Shown: positions 18,826 through 28,193, numbered from the stretch's first letter. The stretch is DNA of 38,791 nucleotides from an uncultured Acetobacteroides sp. (GCA_964292015.1 CAXYUU010000001.1:1-38791), one strand, 5' to 3'. Translations and numbers: made by a program. Notes: generated by a model not told the origin, from the sequence alone.

Positions 18826-20151
18826 TTAGTTTTTTTGTTGCGATATCATATACTTAAGGGGTGCCCATATTCGGGCTAGGATGCTTAGCTCGTCGGTACT
18901 GATTTCGGCAGTACCTGTCAGCTCTCCTCTTAGATGTAGCGGTTTCTTGTAGGTTGTTATTAGGTTTTGGGGTATGGATATGGTTGCCGAATAGCTGCTG
19001 TCGCCGGGAGCTAGCGATATCTTGAGAACTTTTCCTTTTAGCGTACCAAACTCCTGCTTAGCATATCCGTTGAGGGTAATGTTTACGCTCTGCCCTTCGG
19101 CTATCTTACCCATGCTTGCGCGATTAAGCGATGCATTTCCAACTATTTTGCCCTTATTCCTAGGGATGATGGCAAATAGCGTTTCGCCGGCTCGCACCTC
19201 CTGGTTTACGCTCCACACCTTTAGGTACGTTAGCATGCCTTCGCGCTTGGCCTTTAGCACATACTTTTCGTCCCATTGCGCGAGCGAGCTTTTTAGCTGG
19301 TTGTACGAGGCCAACAGGTTGTCGACTAGCTGCTGCTGCTTGCTACCTGCCTCCATTCGGAGCTCGGTAAGGCTTTGCGATAGCTTGGCCAGCTCTATTT
19401 CGGCATTGGTGGCCGATATGCCTGTTTGTGCAACGCTACTTCGCTTCGAGAGCATGGCCGATTCGGTTTTTTCGTAGTCGGCAGGGGCAATTACCTTTTG
19501 CGCGAGCAGTAGCGAATCGCGCCGCAGCTGCTTTAGGGTAAGATGGTAGTCCTGTTGGGTGATTGCCTGCTGGTTGGTGAGCTTACTTTGGTACTTATGG
19601 TAGCCACTTATCTCGGCTATCAGCGCCTGCTCCTTTCGGGGATAGTACTGCTGCCGAACAAAGAGCTTATACTGGCTTAAGTTTTTCAGCAGCTCGTTAT
19701 ACGAGCTTTGTACATCGCCTAGGGATAGGTTTTCGGGAAAGCTTATGGCGGCAAGCCTATCGGCTAGGGCGGCATTATCGCCATTACCGGGGCAAAGACG
19801 GGTGAGGCGTTCCATATCGCTATAGCTTGCCGAGTTTTGCATCACCGCTACCAGCTGGTTGGCCACCACCTGCATCTTATCCTTTACCAGAATGGCCATT
19901 GGCTTACCCGAGACTCGGGCTATGAGCATTTCGGGTGGTGCTTCGGTGGTAATGGTTATGGGTGCGGGAATTATATCGGGATACTTTACAAATGCGCTGC
20001 CAACAACAACCATTACAACGATGGCTCCTACTACGGTTATTCCGTATCGGATGATCTGCTTGGGAGGTGTTCCCAAAATCTCCGCCATTTCGTCGGATCG
20101 TACAACGAGGTTCTTTTTAGGTTTTATGTCCTTACTGCTAGCTTCTTCCAT
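18826..20151 (-). CDS. HlyD-family membrane fusion protein
   Basis: RSDEMAEILGTPP, a single TM helix, a long coiled coil, then VRAGETLFAIIP, GQSVNITL and FGTLKGKV. Confidence 0.9.
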   Translation of the reverse strand: MEEASSKDIKPKKNLVVRSDEMAEILGTPPKQIIRYGITVVGAIVVMVVVGSAFVKYPDIIPAPITITTEAPPEMLIARVSGKPMAILVKDKMQVVANQLVAVMQNSASYSDMERLTRLCPGNGDNAALADRLAAISFPENLSLGDVQSSYNELLKNLSQYKLFVRQQYYPRKEQALIAEISGYHKYQSKLTNQQAITQQDYHLTLKQLRRDSLLLAQKVIAPADYEKTESAMLSKRSSVAQTGISATNAEIELAKLSQSLTELRMEAGSKQQQLVDNLLASYNQLKSSLAQWDEKYVLKAKREGMLTYLKVWSVNQEVRAGETLFAIIPRNKGKIVGNASLNRASMGKIAEGQSVNITLNGYAKQEFGTLKGKVLKISLAPGDSSYSATISIPQNLITTYKKPLHLRGELTGTAEISTDELSILARIWAPLKYMISQQKN

Positions 20152-20192
20152 ATTTATACGGTTAACCTATTTACTTACTATGAAATTCAATA

Positions 20193-20276
20193 CATAGGGT
20201 TTCACCCTATGCCAAGGTCTGTCGCTTTATGTCAATGGGCTTTACCCATCTCTATCTTATATCGCCCCTTCGGGGC
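20193..20276. repeat. Cluster of short palindromes (REP-like) between exporter and hlyD
   Basis: CATAGGGT-TTC-ACCCTATG, ATGGG-CTTTA-CCCAT and GCCCC-TTC-GGGGC. Confidence 0.55.
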
Positions 20277-20391
20277 TATTCGATTACTTTTAAAACACGT
20301 TCGTCTAACTTCTACAATAGCTTCTTTTCTGCTTGTTGTTTACTACCAATGTAAAATCTGTTCAATCAGTAAAATCGGTGTTCTAACCTCT

Positions 20392-22593
20392 TTAATTGCC
20401 CAGCTCCAGCTGATTCTTTACCAGCTCGTAGTAGCCCACCTTTCTGTCGACCAGCTCGCGGTGTGTTCCTGTTTCGGTTATTCGTCCTTTGTCGAGTACC
20501 ACTATTTGATCGGCATTTTTTACGGTGCTTAGCCTATGGGCTACCACCACTACGGTTCGTCCCTTAAAGAAATCGCCGAGGTTGGCCATTATTGCCTTTT
20601 CGTTATTGGCATCTAGCGCGTTGGTGGCCTCGTCGAAGAAGATGTAGTCGGGGTTTTTGTACACCGCGCGGGCAATTAGCAGGCGCTGCCGTTGTCCTTG
20701 GCTGAGCCCATGCCCATCGCTACCTATCTTGGTGTTGAGTCCTAGCGGTAGCGATTCGATAAATTCGAGGATGCAGGCTACCGATGCGGCATGGATCACC
20801 CTTTCGCGGTCTACAATTTCGTCGGCGGGGGCAATGTTGCGGGCAATGGTATCGGAAAAGATAAATCCATCCTGCATCACAATGCCGCAGCGCTTGCGCC
20901 ACTCGCCTATACTGTAGCGTTCGAGTGGATTACCGCCAATTCGTACCTCGCCTTTGTTGGGGGGATAAAATCCGAGCAGCAGCTTAAGGAGTGTTGTCTT
21001 GCCGCTACCGCTCATGCCCACTATGGCGGTGGTTTTTCCGGCAGGTATATCTAACGAAAGGCTTTCCAATACCAGATCGGACTCGGGGCCATCGTAGCTA
21101 AACGATAGGTTTTTGATTGCTATCTCGGAGCTGGGTGGAATATCGGTACGGTAGTAGCCATCTTCCTTCTCCTCGTTATCGCGTAGGTGTACCTCGCCCA
21201 ACCTTTCAATGCTTAGCTTGGCATCTTGGGTGGCATTTAGAAAGGATATCAGCTGGTCGATGGGGCTATTCATTTGCCCGATGATATACTGCGCGGCTAG
21301 CATCATTCCTAGCGTCATGCTTCCGTTAATTACGGCGCTGGCGGCAAATACCGATATCAGGGCGTTCTTGCTTTCGTTGATGAGCACCGCACCCGACTGC
21401 TGGTACTGGTTAAGCGCCAGCCCCTTTATGCTTACCTTAAATATCTTTGCCTGTATGCGCTCCCACTCCCAACGTTTTTGCTGCTCGCAACCGTTCAGCT
21501 TTATTTCGGGCATGCCCTGTATGAGCTGGATGAGGTTACTTTGGTTAGCCGACATCTGTGCAAAGCGCTTGTGATCGAGCTCTGCCCTTCGCTTTAGGAA
21601 TACCCACACCCATGCACAGTAGATACCGCTACCCAAAAGGAATACGGCAAATATGGCCAGGTTGTAGTAGGCGAGTACCGCCCCAAATATGATGAGGTTG
21701 AACACCGCAAAGGCAACGCTGAGCGTTGTTCCGGTTAAAAAGGTTTCGATACGGTTGTGGTCGCCAATTCGCTGGATAAGATCGCCCACCATTTTGGTGT
21801 CGAAGTAGCGCATGGGGAGCTTCATGAGCTTTATTAGGAAGTCGGATATTAGCGATATGTTGATTCGTGCCCCGATATGGAGCAGTATCCATCCGCGTAT
21901 AAACTCCACGCTTACCTTTCCAAGAGTTAGCGCCAGCTGCGCGATAAGTATGAGGTAGATAAAGCTGATTTTTTGGTTGCCAATACCGTAGTCGACCAAG
22001 CTTTGCGTAAGAAACGGGAAGATAAGCTGCAGCAAGCTACCCACCAACAGCCCAACAAAGAGCTGAACCAGCAGCTTGCGGTAGGGGCGGAGGTAGCTGA
22101 ACAGGTAGGCGAGACGTGTTTTGTCGAGTTTCTCATCTTCCTGACTATAAAAATCGGGGGTTGGCTCCAGTAGTAGGGCTATCCCCACATCTTTACCCTC
22201 CATGCTATCGGATATCCAGCAGCGAAGGAACTCTTCCTTGTTGTACGTTACCATTCCACCACCTGGATCGGCAATGGATACCGTGGTTTTGCCCCGTTTG
22301 GTTTTAATCCGGTATACTACTATAAAGTGATTCTGATTCCAGTGTATAATGGCGGGTAGGGGAGCCTCGTTGGCAAGCTGTTCGAAGGTGGCCTTAACCG
22401 CTATGGTTCGAAAGCCGATACTTTCGGCTGCCTTGCTGATGCCAAATAGCGAAACACCCTCGCGCGATAGGTACGAGCTGTCGCGTAAGCTCTGGATCGA
22501 GAAGCTTTTTCCGTGGTGCTTGGCCACCATGCGAAGGCAGGTTGGGCCGCAGTCCATGGCATCGTGCTGGTTGTAATGGGTAAATTTGGACAT
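20392..22593 (-). CDS. lanT: Peptidase-containing ABC transporter (C39 peptidase + TMD + NBD; LanT/PCAT)
   Basis: QHDAMDCGPTC (catalytic Cys), HWNQNHFIVV (His), IADP (Asp). Walker A GMSGSGKTT, LSQGQRQR, FFDEATNALD, VAHRLST. Confidence 0.95.
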   Translation of the reverse strand: MSKFTHYNQHDAMDCGPTCLRMVAKHHGKSFSIQSLRDSSYLSREGVSLFGISKAAESIGFRTIAVKATFEQLANEAPLPAIIHWNQNHFIVVYRIKTKRGKTTVSIADPGGGMVTYNKEEFLRCWISDSMEGKDVGIALLLEPTPDFYSQEDEKLDKTRLAYLFSYLRPYRKLLVQLFVGLLVGSLLQLIFPFLTQSLVDYGIGNQKISFIYLILIAQLALTLGKVSVEFIRGWILLHIGARINISLISDFLIKLMKLPMRYFDTKMVGDLIQRIGDHNRIETFLTGTTLSVAFAVFNLIIFGAVLAYYNLAIFAVFLLGSGIYCAWVWVFLKRRAELDHKRFAQMSANQSNLIQLIQGMPEIKLNGCEQQKRWEWERIQAKIFKVSIKGLALNQYQQSGAVLINESKNALISVFAASAVINGSMTLGMMLAAQYIIGQMNSPIDQLISFLNATQDAKLSIERLGEVHLRDNEEKEDGYYRTDIPPSSEIAIKNLSFSYDGPESDLVLESLSLDIPAGKTTAIVGMSGSGKTTLLKLLLGFYPPNKGEVRIGGNPLERYSIGEWRKRCGIVMQDGFIFSDTIARNIAPADEIVDRERVIHAASVACILEFIESLPLGLNTKIGSDGHGLSQGQRQRLLIARAVYKNPDYIFFDEATNALDANNEKAIMANLGDFFKGRTVVVVAHRLSTVKNADQIVVLDKGRITETGTHRELVDRKVGYYELVKNQLELGN

Positions 22594-23248
22594 GGCAGCT
22601 TACGTATAGTTAGTATAGAGTTTTACATCTTTTTTTACAGGAGGATGGTTGCCTATTTCTTTGAAGCATTCCTGTTCGAGGCTAGTAGCCAAGAAAAGTG
22701 GGTAGCGGTAGCCACCATATATGCCTGCTAATCGAAAATCAACCTCTTCCTTTATCTACCTACTGCGTAAACCATTTCCTACCCGAAGGGCAGGTATCGA
22801 ACTTAATAAAAACCTATACGATTATAAATGGTTACGCTAATATGATAGGTTGCTAATGTAGCAACTTTTACCTAACGCTGTTATTTTTTATCTAAAAAGT
22901 TAAAAAAAACAGGAGGTTTCCTAGTTATATGGTAGTATTTCTATGTGCGAGTTGCACTCTTTTCTGGCTTGAGATAGGTACATCGCGAGATACCTCGGGG
23001 TTAGCCATTGGTAGAGCAAATGGTAAGCGGAGTATTGGCAAGATTGCTACTTTTTTGCATTTTTATGGGAGTATATCCGATCGTGGATAGCTTGTTTATC
23101 TGGCTCTTTTTTTGTTGTGCGTAGCGCCTTGGTCTACCCTACAGTAGCGGTTACCTTCTTTGCACTGGCTCAACGGTATGTGTCTATGTTGCGGCTAGCC
23201 AGATAGATATGTATTTTGTTTTGTTCGGTAGGGTTCTCTGTAGTGGCG

Positions 23249-23398
23249 CTACAGTTCCCTTTTTTGCTGAAATTTAGTTGAGTTTGTGCACTGTTTAGTT
23301 GAGTTTGTGCACTGTTTCGTTGAGTTTGTGCACCGTTTCGTTGAGTTTGTGCGCTGTTTAGTCGAGTTTATGCACTTGTTTTGCTTTTTTTTTACCAT
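23249..23398 (-). CDS. Possible 49-aa heptad-repeat micro-ORF (not in ORF track)
   Basis: Hand translation gives MVKKKQNKCINSTKQRTNSTKRCTNSTKQCTNSTKQCTNSTKFQQKREL*. ATG at 23398, TAG at 23251-23249. Confidence 0.25.
   Translation of the reverse strand: MVKKKQNKCINSTKQRTNSTKRCTNSTKQCTNSTKQCTNSTKFQQKREL
23273..23377. repeat. Tandem repeat, 5 x 21 bp
   Basis: Consensus TTTMGTTGAGTTTGTGCACTG. Units start at 23273, 23294, 23315, 23336 and 23357. There are no spacers. Confidence 0.95.
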
Positions 23399-23977
23399 TC
23401 ATCGCGTTATTTTGGCTGGCTGCCCTTTTCTTGTAGCCGATAGCTGGAGGTGATGGAGGCCGAGTTGCAGAATGTACCCTACGAGTCTCGGTTTGACGTG
23501 TTGTTTTGGCGATACCGGTGGAACTGATGCCGTATTGCCCCTTCTTTTGCTGGAATACGGCGCTAGCTACGCTATTTTACCGATCGGTAATTCGGATACG
23601 GCTGCATGGGCAGCGGATTACTTGCATGGGGCATTGGTTGGTGAGGTAGCCTTAGCGGTTGTACGATCTATGGGTGGCCATAGAGCCTAGCCCTACCGGT
23701 ATACGCACGATAGTAGCTACTCAACTCCAATGGCAGCACGTCACACGACACAAGTTTCACGAACACCACCAAAAATTGCAGTATAGACTTTCAAATATAG
23801 CTGGCGTTAGGTTTGTGATGCGCGATACATGATACGCGCGGCATGATACCCTATAAAGGTGCTGAGTGGTTATGCAGAAAAAAATTAATGACGTTTACAG
23901 AAAATTATAAAACATGCATTGAAATTCTGTAAAAATCGCCCTAATTTACTTCTGTCTAACTAATATTTTTTTTATTT

Positions 23978-24934
23978 ATGAAAAAGTTCAGCACTGATAC
24001 TACGAAGGCAATGCATGCACGATGCCTTTTGGTGGGTACATCGCCCGATACGGCGAAGATACCCGAGGTTAAGGTTATTTCCGGTAAGATTACCATTTTG
24101 CTCGAGAACAGAGAGGACACTGGGGTAACCCTTAAATCGTGTAAGGTGCTTATGACAAAAAGTACCAAGCAGGTTAATGCGTTATTCGACCAAACCGTGA
24201 AGCTTACCGTTAGGGGATTGCTAATGTTGGAATCGCTAAAAACGCCCGATGATTTAGAATTGAAGAAGCTGCGCGTTACCGGCGATCTGAATAAGTATAA
24301 GGTGAAGGAGCTTCTCGACTACTCGCTAATCATTAGCAACTTCATGCAGGATAAAAAGTCGGTACTTATAGCCCATGGCTATACCGAGCCACAGGTTGAT
24401 GAGATCGATGCGTGCCGCGTGCTACTTTTGAAGGCGATAGCCGATCAGGCAAGCCTGCATGCTCGGCAGGAGCAGCTTCGCACTGAGCGCAGCCAGTGTG
24501 AGGAGCAGGTAGACCACCATTTTTGCAAGCTCAACGATATTATTGCGGTAAACAAGGTGCTGATTCCGGATCTTTACCGCGATTACCACGCCATAAAGGT
24601 AAATGCAAGCAGAAGGCTGCCTAATTCGGTACAGGTAAAGCTTACCTCGGGAGGGCTTCCGGTAGCTAACGCTATGGTACGCCTGTACGGCACTGCCGCT
24701 CCGTATGCAAACAAGGTTGTTACGCTGAAAAAAGATAGGCAGGACGCGCAAGCTGGCGAGGTGCTGGTGTCTAAAAAGCTCTCGAAGGACAAGGGGGTAA
24801 TCAACATTAAGCACCTGAAGCCGGGTACCTACCGAATGATGGTGTCAAAAGTTGGGTTTGCCGATCAGGAGATTACCGTTTACGTTAATCCGAAGGAGGT
24901 AACGCGCATTACCGTAGTGCTTAAGCCGCTATAG
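23978..24934 (+). CDS. Hypothetical protein with helical N-terminal region and C-terminal carboxypeptidase-regulatory/PEGA-like beta-sandwich
   Basis: 318-aa ORF with AT-rich leader. C-terminal PVANAMVRL...LKPGTYRMMVSKVGFADQEITVYV. No signal peptide is visible. Confidence 0.65.
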   Translation: MKKFSTDTTKAMHARCLLVGTSPDTAKIPEVKVISGKITILLENREDTGVTLKSCKVLMTKSTKQVNALFDQTVKLTVRGLLMLESLKTPDDLELKKLRVTGDLNKYKVKELLDYSLIISNFMQDKKSVLIAHGYTEPQVDEIDACRVLLLKAIADQASLHARQEQLRTERSQCEEQVDHHFCKLNDIIAVNKVLIPDLYRDYHAIKVNASRRLPNSVQVKLTSGGLPVANAMVRLYGTAAPYANKVVTLKKDRQDAQAGEVLVSKKLSKDKGVINIKHLKPGTYRMMVSKVGFADQEITVYVNPKEVTRITVVLKPL

Positions 24935-24969
24935 GTTAAGCCGCACTCCTCTTTTAGGATAAAAAATAG

Positions 24970-25013
24970 GTAGGGCATAGGTGTAACCGTTGGTGGTGGC
25001 GCTTATGCCCTAC
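24970..25013 (+). terminator. Stem-loop after the 318-aa gene
   Basis: GTAGGGCATA...TATGCCCTAC inverted repeat. No good U tract. Confidence 0.45.
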
Positions 25014-25390
25014 TGATGTAGCATATGGCGGTACTAAAATTGTTGAATATTTTACTGCTATATGGGTTGATGGTGTATTGCTGTAGCTGTGCTTAATTAA
25101 CTATAGCATAGTAATACAAATAGAATTCGCATTTTAAATGTTAGTATAGTGAATACTTTGGTATTCTGCTTCATACCGCAACTGTTAAGTAGCTAATGGA
25201 TGCAGGTGAATATGACAATTTGTAAATGAATAGATTGTTTTTTTGTATCATTTGAACATATTTTATATCTATATTATGGACTCCTACCGTTCTATATTGA
25301 TAATCTTCAAGTACATACTTACCTTGCTCTTTACTTTATTGTTGTTGGGATATGATCTGTAACTTATATGCCAGTCTATCTGTTATAACC

Positions 25391-25430
25391 AAAAAGTACC
25401 GCAGCCTTTTGTTGCTGCGGTACTTCTTTT
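25391..25430 (-). terminator. Intrinsic terminator of hypD
   Basis: AAAAAGTACCGCAGC-N8-GCTGCGGTACTT. Confidence 0.85.
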
Positions 25431-25469
25431 ACGGGGTTTTATGAGTCGAGAACGTACTATTTTACGGTG

Positions 25470-27830
25470 TTATACCGCTTCGTGCTCGGTTCGTGTAATG
25501 ATTTCGTTTTGTAGGTCGATACCCAGGTCGTTAAAGTAGTCGCTAAAGCCGGCAACCCGGACAATGAGGTCGCGGTACAGCTCGGGTTTTTGCTGCGCCT
25601 TGCGTAGGGTGTCGGCATTTACGACGTTAAACTGGATATGGTGGCCGTCGATCTTAAAGTAGCTGCGCACTAGGCTCGATACTCGGCGTATGGCCTCGTC
25701 GCCATTAAAGAACTGGGGGGCAAACTTCATGTTTAGTAGCGTACCGCCAGTTCGTAGGTGGTCTATCTTGGCAGCCGACTTGATAACCGCCGTTGGCCCG
25801 TGGGTGTCGCATCCCTGCGAGGGCGAAATTCCCTCCGATAGGGGGGTGGTAGCTTTTCGTCCATCGGGTAGTGCGCCGGTAACCTTGCCAAAGTAGATGT
25901 GACAGGTGGTGGGTAGCAGGTTTACGCGGTGTACGCCTCCTCGGGCGTTGGGTTTACCGTCAACGGCATGGAAGTAGAGCTCAAACACCTCGTTTAAACA
26001 GCGGTCGGCGAGGTCGTCGTCGTTGCCGTACTTGGGCGTGCTAAAGATGAGCTCGTTTCGAATGGCCTCGTAGCCTACAAAGTTGGCATTTATGGCCTCG
26101 AGCATGGTGGCCATGGTGATATCCTGCTTTTCGAACACGTGGTGCTTTAGCGAAGCAAGGCAATCGGTAATGGTACCAAGGCCAACTCCCTGTACGTAGG
26201 TGGTGTTGTAGCGTGCCCCGCCAGCGTTATAGTCTACGCCCGAGGTGATGCAGTCGTCGATAAGGATGGAGAGGAAGGGAACGGGCATATGCTGGGCAAA
26301 TATCTCCTCGTTCTTTACGTTACCGGCAATTTTTATGCGCATAAAGTGGTTTACCTGCTCTTCGAAGGCTCCAAGAAGTTTTTCGTAGGAGGTAAATGTG
26401 CTGGCATTGCCTGTTTTTATTCCCAGCTGTCTGCCGGTTCGTGGATCTACACCATCATTTAGCGTTAGCTCCAGAATTTTGGGCAGGTTAAAGTATCCGG
26501 TAAGCCAGTAGGCCTCGGTACCGAATGCACCTACCTCTACACATCCGCTTGCACCGCCACGTCGGGCATCGATAATGGTCTTGCCCTGGCGTAGCATCTC
26601 CTGAACCATGGCGTCGGTGTTGAATATAGACGGTTGTCCAAATCCGGTTTTGCTTATCTTGATGGTTCTGTCGATAAAGCTGTCGGGGTTCTTCTTCGAT
26701 AGCTGTACCATGGAGCTGGGCTGTAGCAACCTCATCTCCTCGATCACATCCAGAATGAGGAATGATACCTCGTTTACGCCATCGCTGCCGTCATCTTTTA
26801 CTCCGCCAACATTTATTAGGCAGAAATCGGTGTAGGTGCTGCTCTCCTGGGCGGTAATGCCCACCTTAGGTGGCGATGGATGGTTGTTGAACTTTACCCA
26901 AAAGCACTGGAGTAGCTCGCGAGCAGCTTCTTGTGTAAGCGTACCGCTTTCGATTTCGCTTTTGTAGAAGGGGTATAGGTGTTGGTCGAGTCTTCCAGGG
27001 TTAAACGCGTCCCACGGATTCAGCTCGGTTATAACGCCAAGATGGATAAACCAGTAGTACTGTAGCGCCTCGTGGAAGGTGGTGGGTTTATTGGCCGGTA
27101 CGTTTCGGCAAACCGTTGCCATCTTTAGCAGCTCGGCTTTTCGAGTCGTATTAGGCTCTACACTGGCGAGCTCCTCCAGCTTTTGGGCGTGCCTTTGCGC
27201 AAAGGTTATGATGGCCGTTGCCGTTATCTGCATGGCAATAAGCTCCTCTATCTTGTTGGAGTTATCGCCATCGTTTTTCTGATTCTTTTCAATAGACTTA
27301 TCAATTTGGTGGATGAAGTCGTTCATCCCCATCTGGTAAATCTTACCGCCGCAAACGGTATGTCCTGGAGCGCGCTGCTCCATAAACTCGGTAAAGATGC
27401 CTGCCTCGAATGCCTGCTTCCACTCGCTGGTCATAGCCGACATGATACGTTCGCGGTTATTGTTGCCCGTCCAGTATGGCGTGATGGTATTCCCGAAGTC
27501 GGTTCGTGTTTGCTCGTCCACCTTAAACGAAACATGCTTACGGCTGTTGAGTACTTCCAGATCTTCGGGCGTATGCACGCAAATTTCGGGATAGGTTGGT
27601 GTTGCCTTGGGTTTTGGCCCTCGTTCGCCAACGATTAGCTCGCCTTGGCCAATGTATATCTTCTTACGGGTAAGGATGTGCTCAAATGCCTTGGCACGCT
27701 TAACGGGTACCGATAGGTTGGTGTTTTCTATGCTTTTGTAGAACTCGGTAATCAGGAGTCCTCTTTCCGACGAAAGGGTATTAACCGCATTAAGGGTCTC
27801 CTCTCGTAACTTTTTTACTCGTTCGTTCAT
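25470..27830 (-). CDS. hypD: Glycyl radical enzyme, trans-4-hydroxy-L-proline dehydratase
   Basis: HypD-type motifs PTYPEIC, FTEFMEQRAPGHTVCG, WDAF, ESSTYTDF, SGCVE, LTGY, LPTTCHIYFG and the glycyl radical loop LIVRVAGFS. Start placed at the ATG of MNERVKKL (27830) rather than the TTG at 27869. Confidence 0.88.
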   Translation of the reverse strand: MNERVKKLREETLNAVNTLSSERGLLITEFYKSIENTNLSVPVKRAKAFEHILTRKKIYIGQGELIVGERGPKPKATPTYPEICVHTPEDLEVLNSRKHVSFKVDEQTRTDFGNTITPYWTGNNNRERIMSAMTSEWKQAFEAGIFTEFMEQRAPGHTVCGGKIYQMGMNDFIHQIDKSIEKNQKNDGDNSNKIEELIAMQITATAIITFAQRHAQKLEELASVEPNTTRKAELLKMATVCRNVPANKPTTFHEALQYYWFIHLGVITELNPWDAFNPGRLDQHLYPFYKSEIESGTLTQEAARELLQCFWVKFNNHPSPPKVGITAQESSTYTDFCLINVGGVKDDGSDGVNEVSFLILDVIEEMRLLQPSSMVQLSKKNPDSFIDRTIKISKTGFGQPSIFNTDAMVQEMLRQGKTIIDARRGGASGCVEVGAFGTEAYWLTGYFNLPKILELTLNDGVDPRTGRQLGIKTGNASTFTSYEKLLGAFEEQVNHFMRIKIAGNVKNEEIFAQHMPVPFLSILIDDCITSGVDYNAGGARYNTTYVQGVGLGTITDCLASLKHHVFEKQDITMATMLEAINANFVGYEAIRNELIFSTPKYGNDDDLADRCLNEVFELYFHAVDGKPNARGGVHRVNLLPTTCHIYFGKVTGALPDGRKATTPLSEGISPSQGCDTHGPTAVIKSAAKIDHLRTGGTLLNMKFAPQFFNGDEAIRRVSSLVRSYFKIDGHHIQFNVVNADTLRKAQQKPELYRDLIVRVAGFSDYFNDLGIDLQNEIITRTEHEAV

Positions 27831-27937
27831 GGTAGTAATGGTTATGTTGTTAGCATTAGATTTGGACAAAGCTGGTATTAAGTATCACGACACACTATTT
27901 ATGCCCCCCCCGCCCTACGGGCACCCCTCCTTGATAA

Positions 27938-28146
27938 GGCAATGTCATAAAGTTAAGCACGAAGCTCTATCAGCGTTGTCATTGACTTCGTCGAGCTCGC
28001 GTTGCTCGGTTCCGGGCTTGTCCCGGAATCTAAATATGAATCCAATAGATTCTAAAAAAAGGCCCTTCGGGCAATTCATTAGATCCCGTGACAAGCACGG
28101 GATGACACTCCGAGGAAAGTTTTTTCCTTAACTTAATAAGATTGCC
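27938..28146. mobile_element. 209-bp non-autonomous MITE with IS1595-like ends
   Basis: TIRs GGCAATGTCATAAAGTTAAG (27938-27957) and CTTAACTTAATAAGATTGCC (28127-28146), 17/20 match. Direct repeat TTGATAA on both flanks. Confidence 0.7.
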
Positions 28147-28193
28147 TTGATAAGGAGGGGAGTCCCGCTCCGATCGAGGTTCTGCCTATTCTC

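Noticed and set aside
19837-20532. 231-aa plus-strand ORF and the many other short ORFs overlapping sprA, the exporter, hypD and infB
   Set aside because: These are antisense or alternate-frame shadows of well-supported genes and carry no motifs.
23273-23377. CRISPR array
   Set aside because: The repeats are directly adjacent with no spacers, and there are no cas genes.
23472-23690. 72-aa plus-strand ORF as a second precursor
   Set aside because: It has no LxLxK leader or properly spaced GG site and no S/T-C-rich core, and it is on the opposite strand.
25171-25335. AT-rich ~55-codon open stretch on the minus strand (possible gene remnant)
   Set aside because: There is no early start codon and no recognisable similarity, so it cannot be supported.
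25470-27830. Pyruvate formate-lyase or choline TMA-lyase
   Set aside because: It has a single Cys in GCVE rather than the PFL Cys-Cys pair, HypD-specific motifs are present, and there are no microcompartment genes.
27829-28131. 100-aa plus-strand ORF
   Set aside because: It runs through the nested MITE/palindromes, antisense to the operon, with no recognisable protein features.
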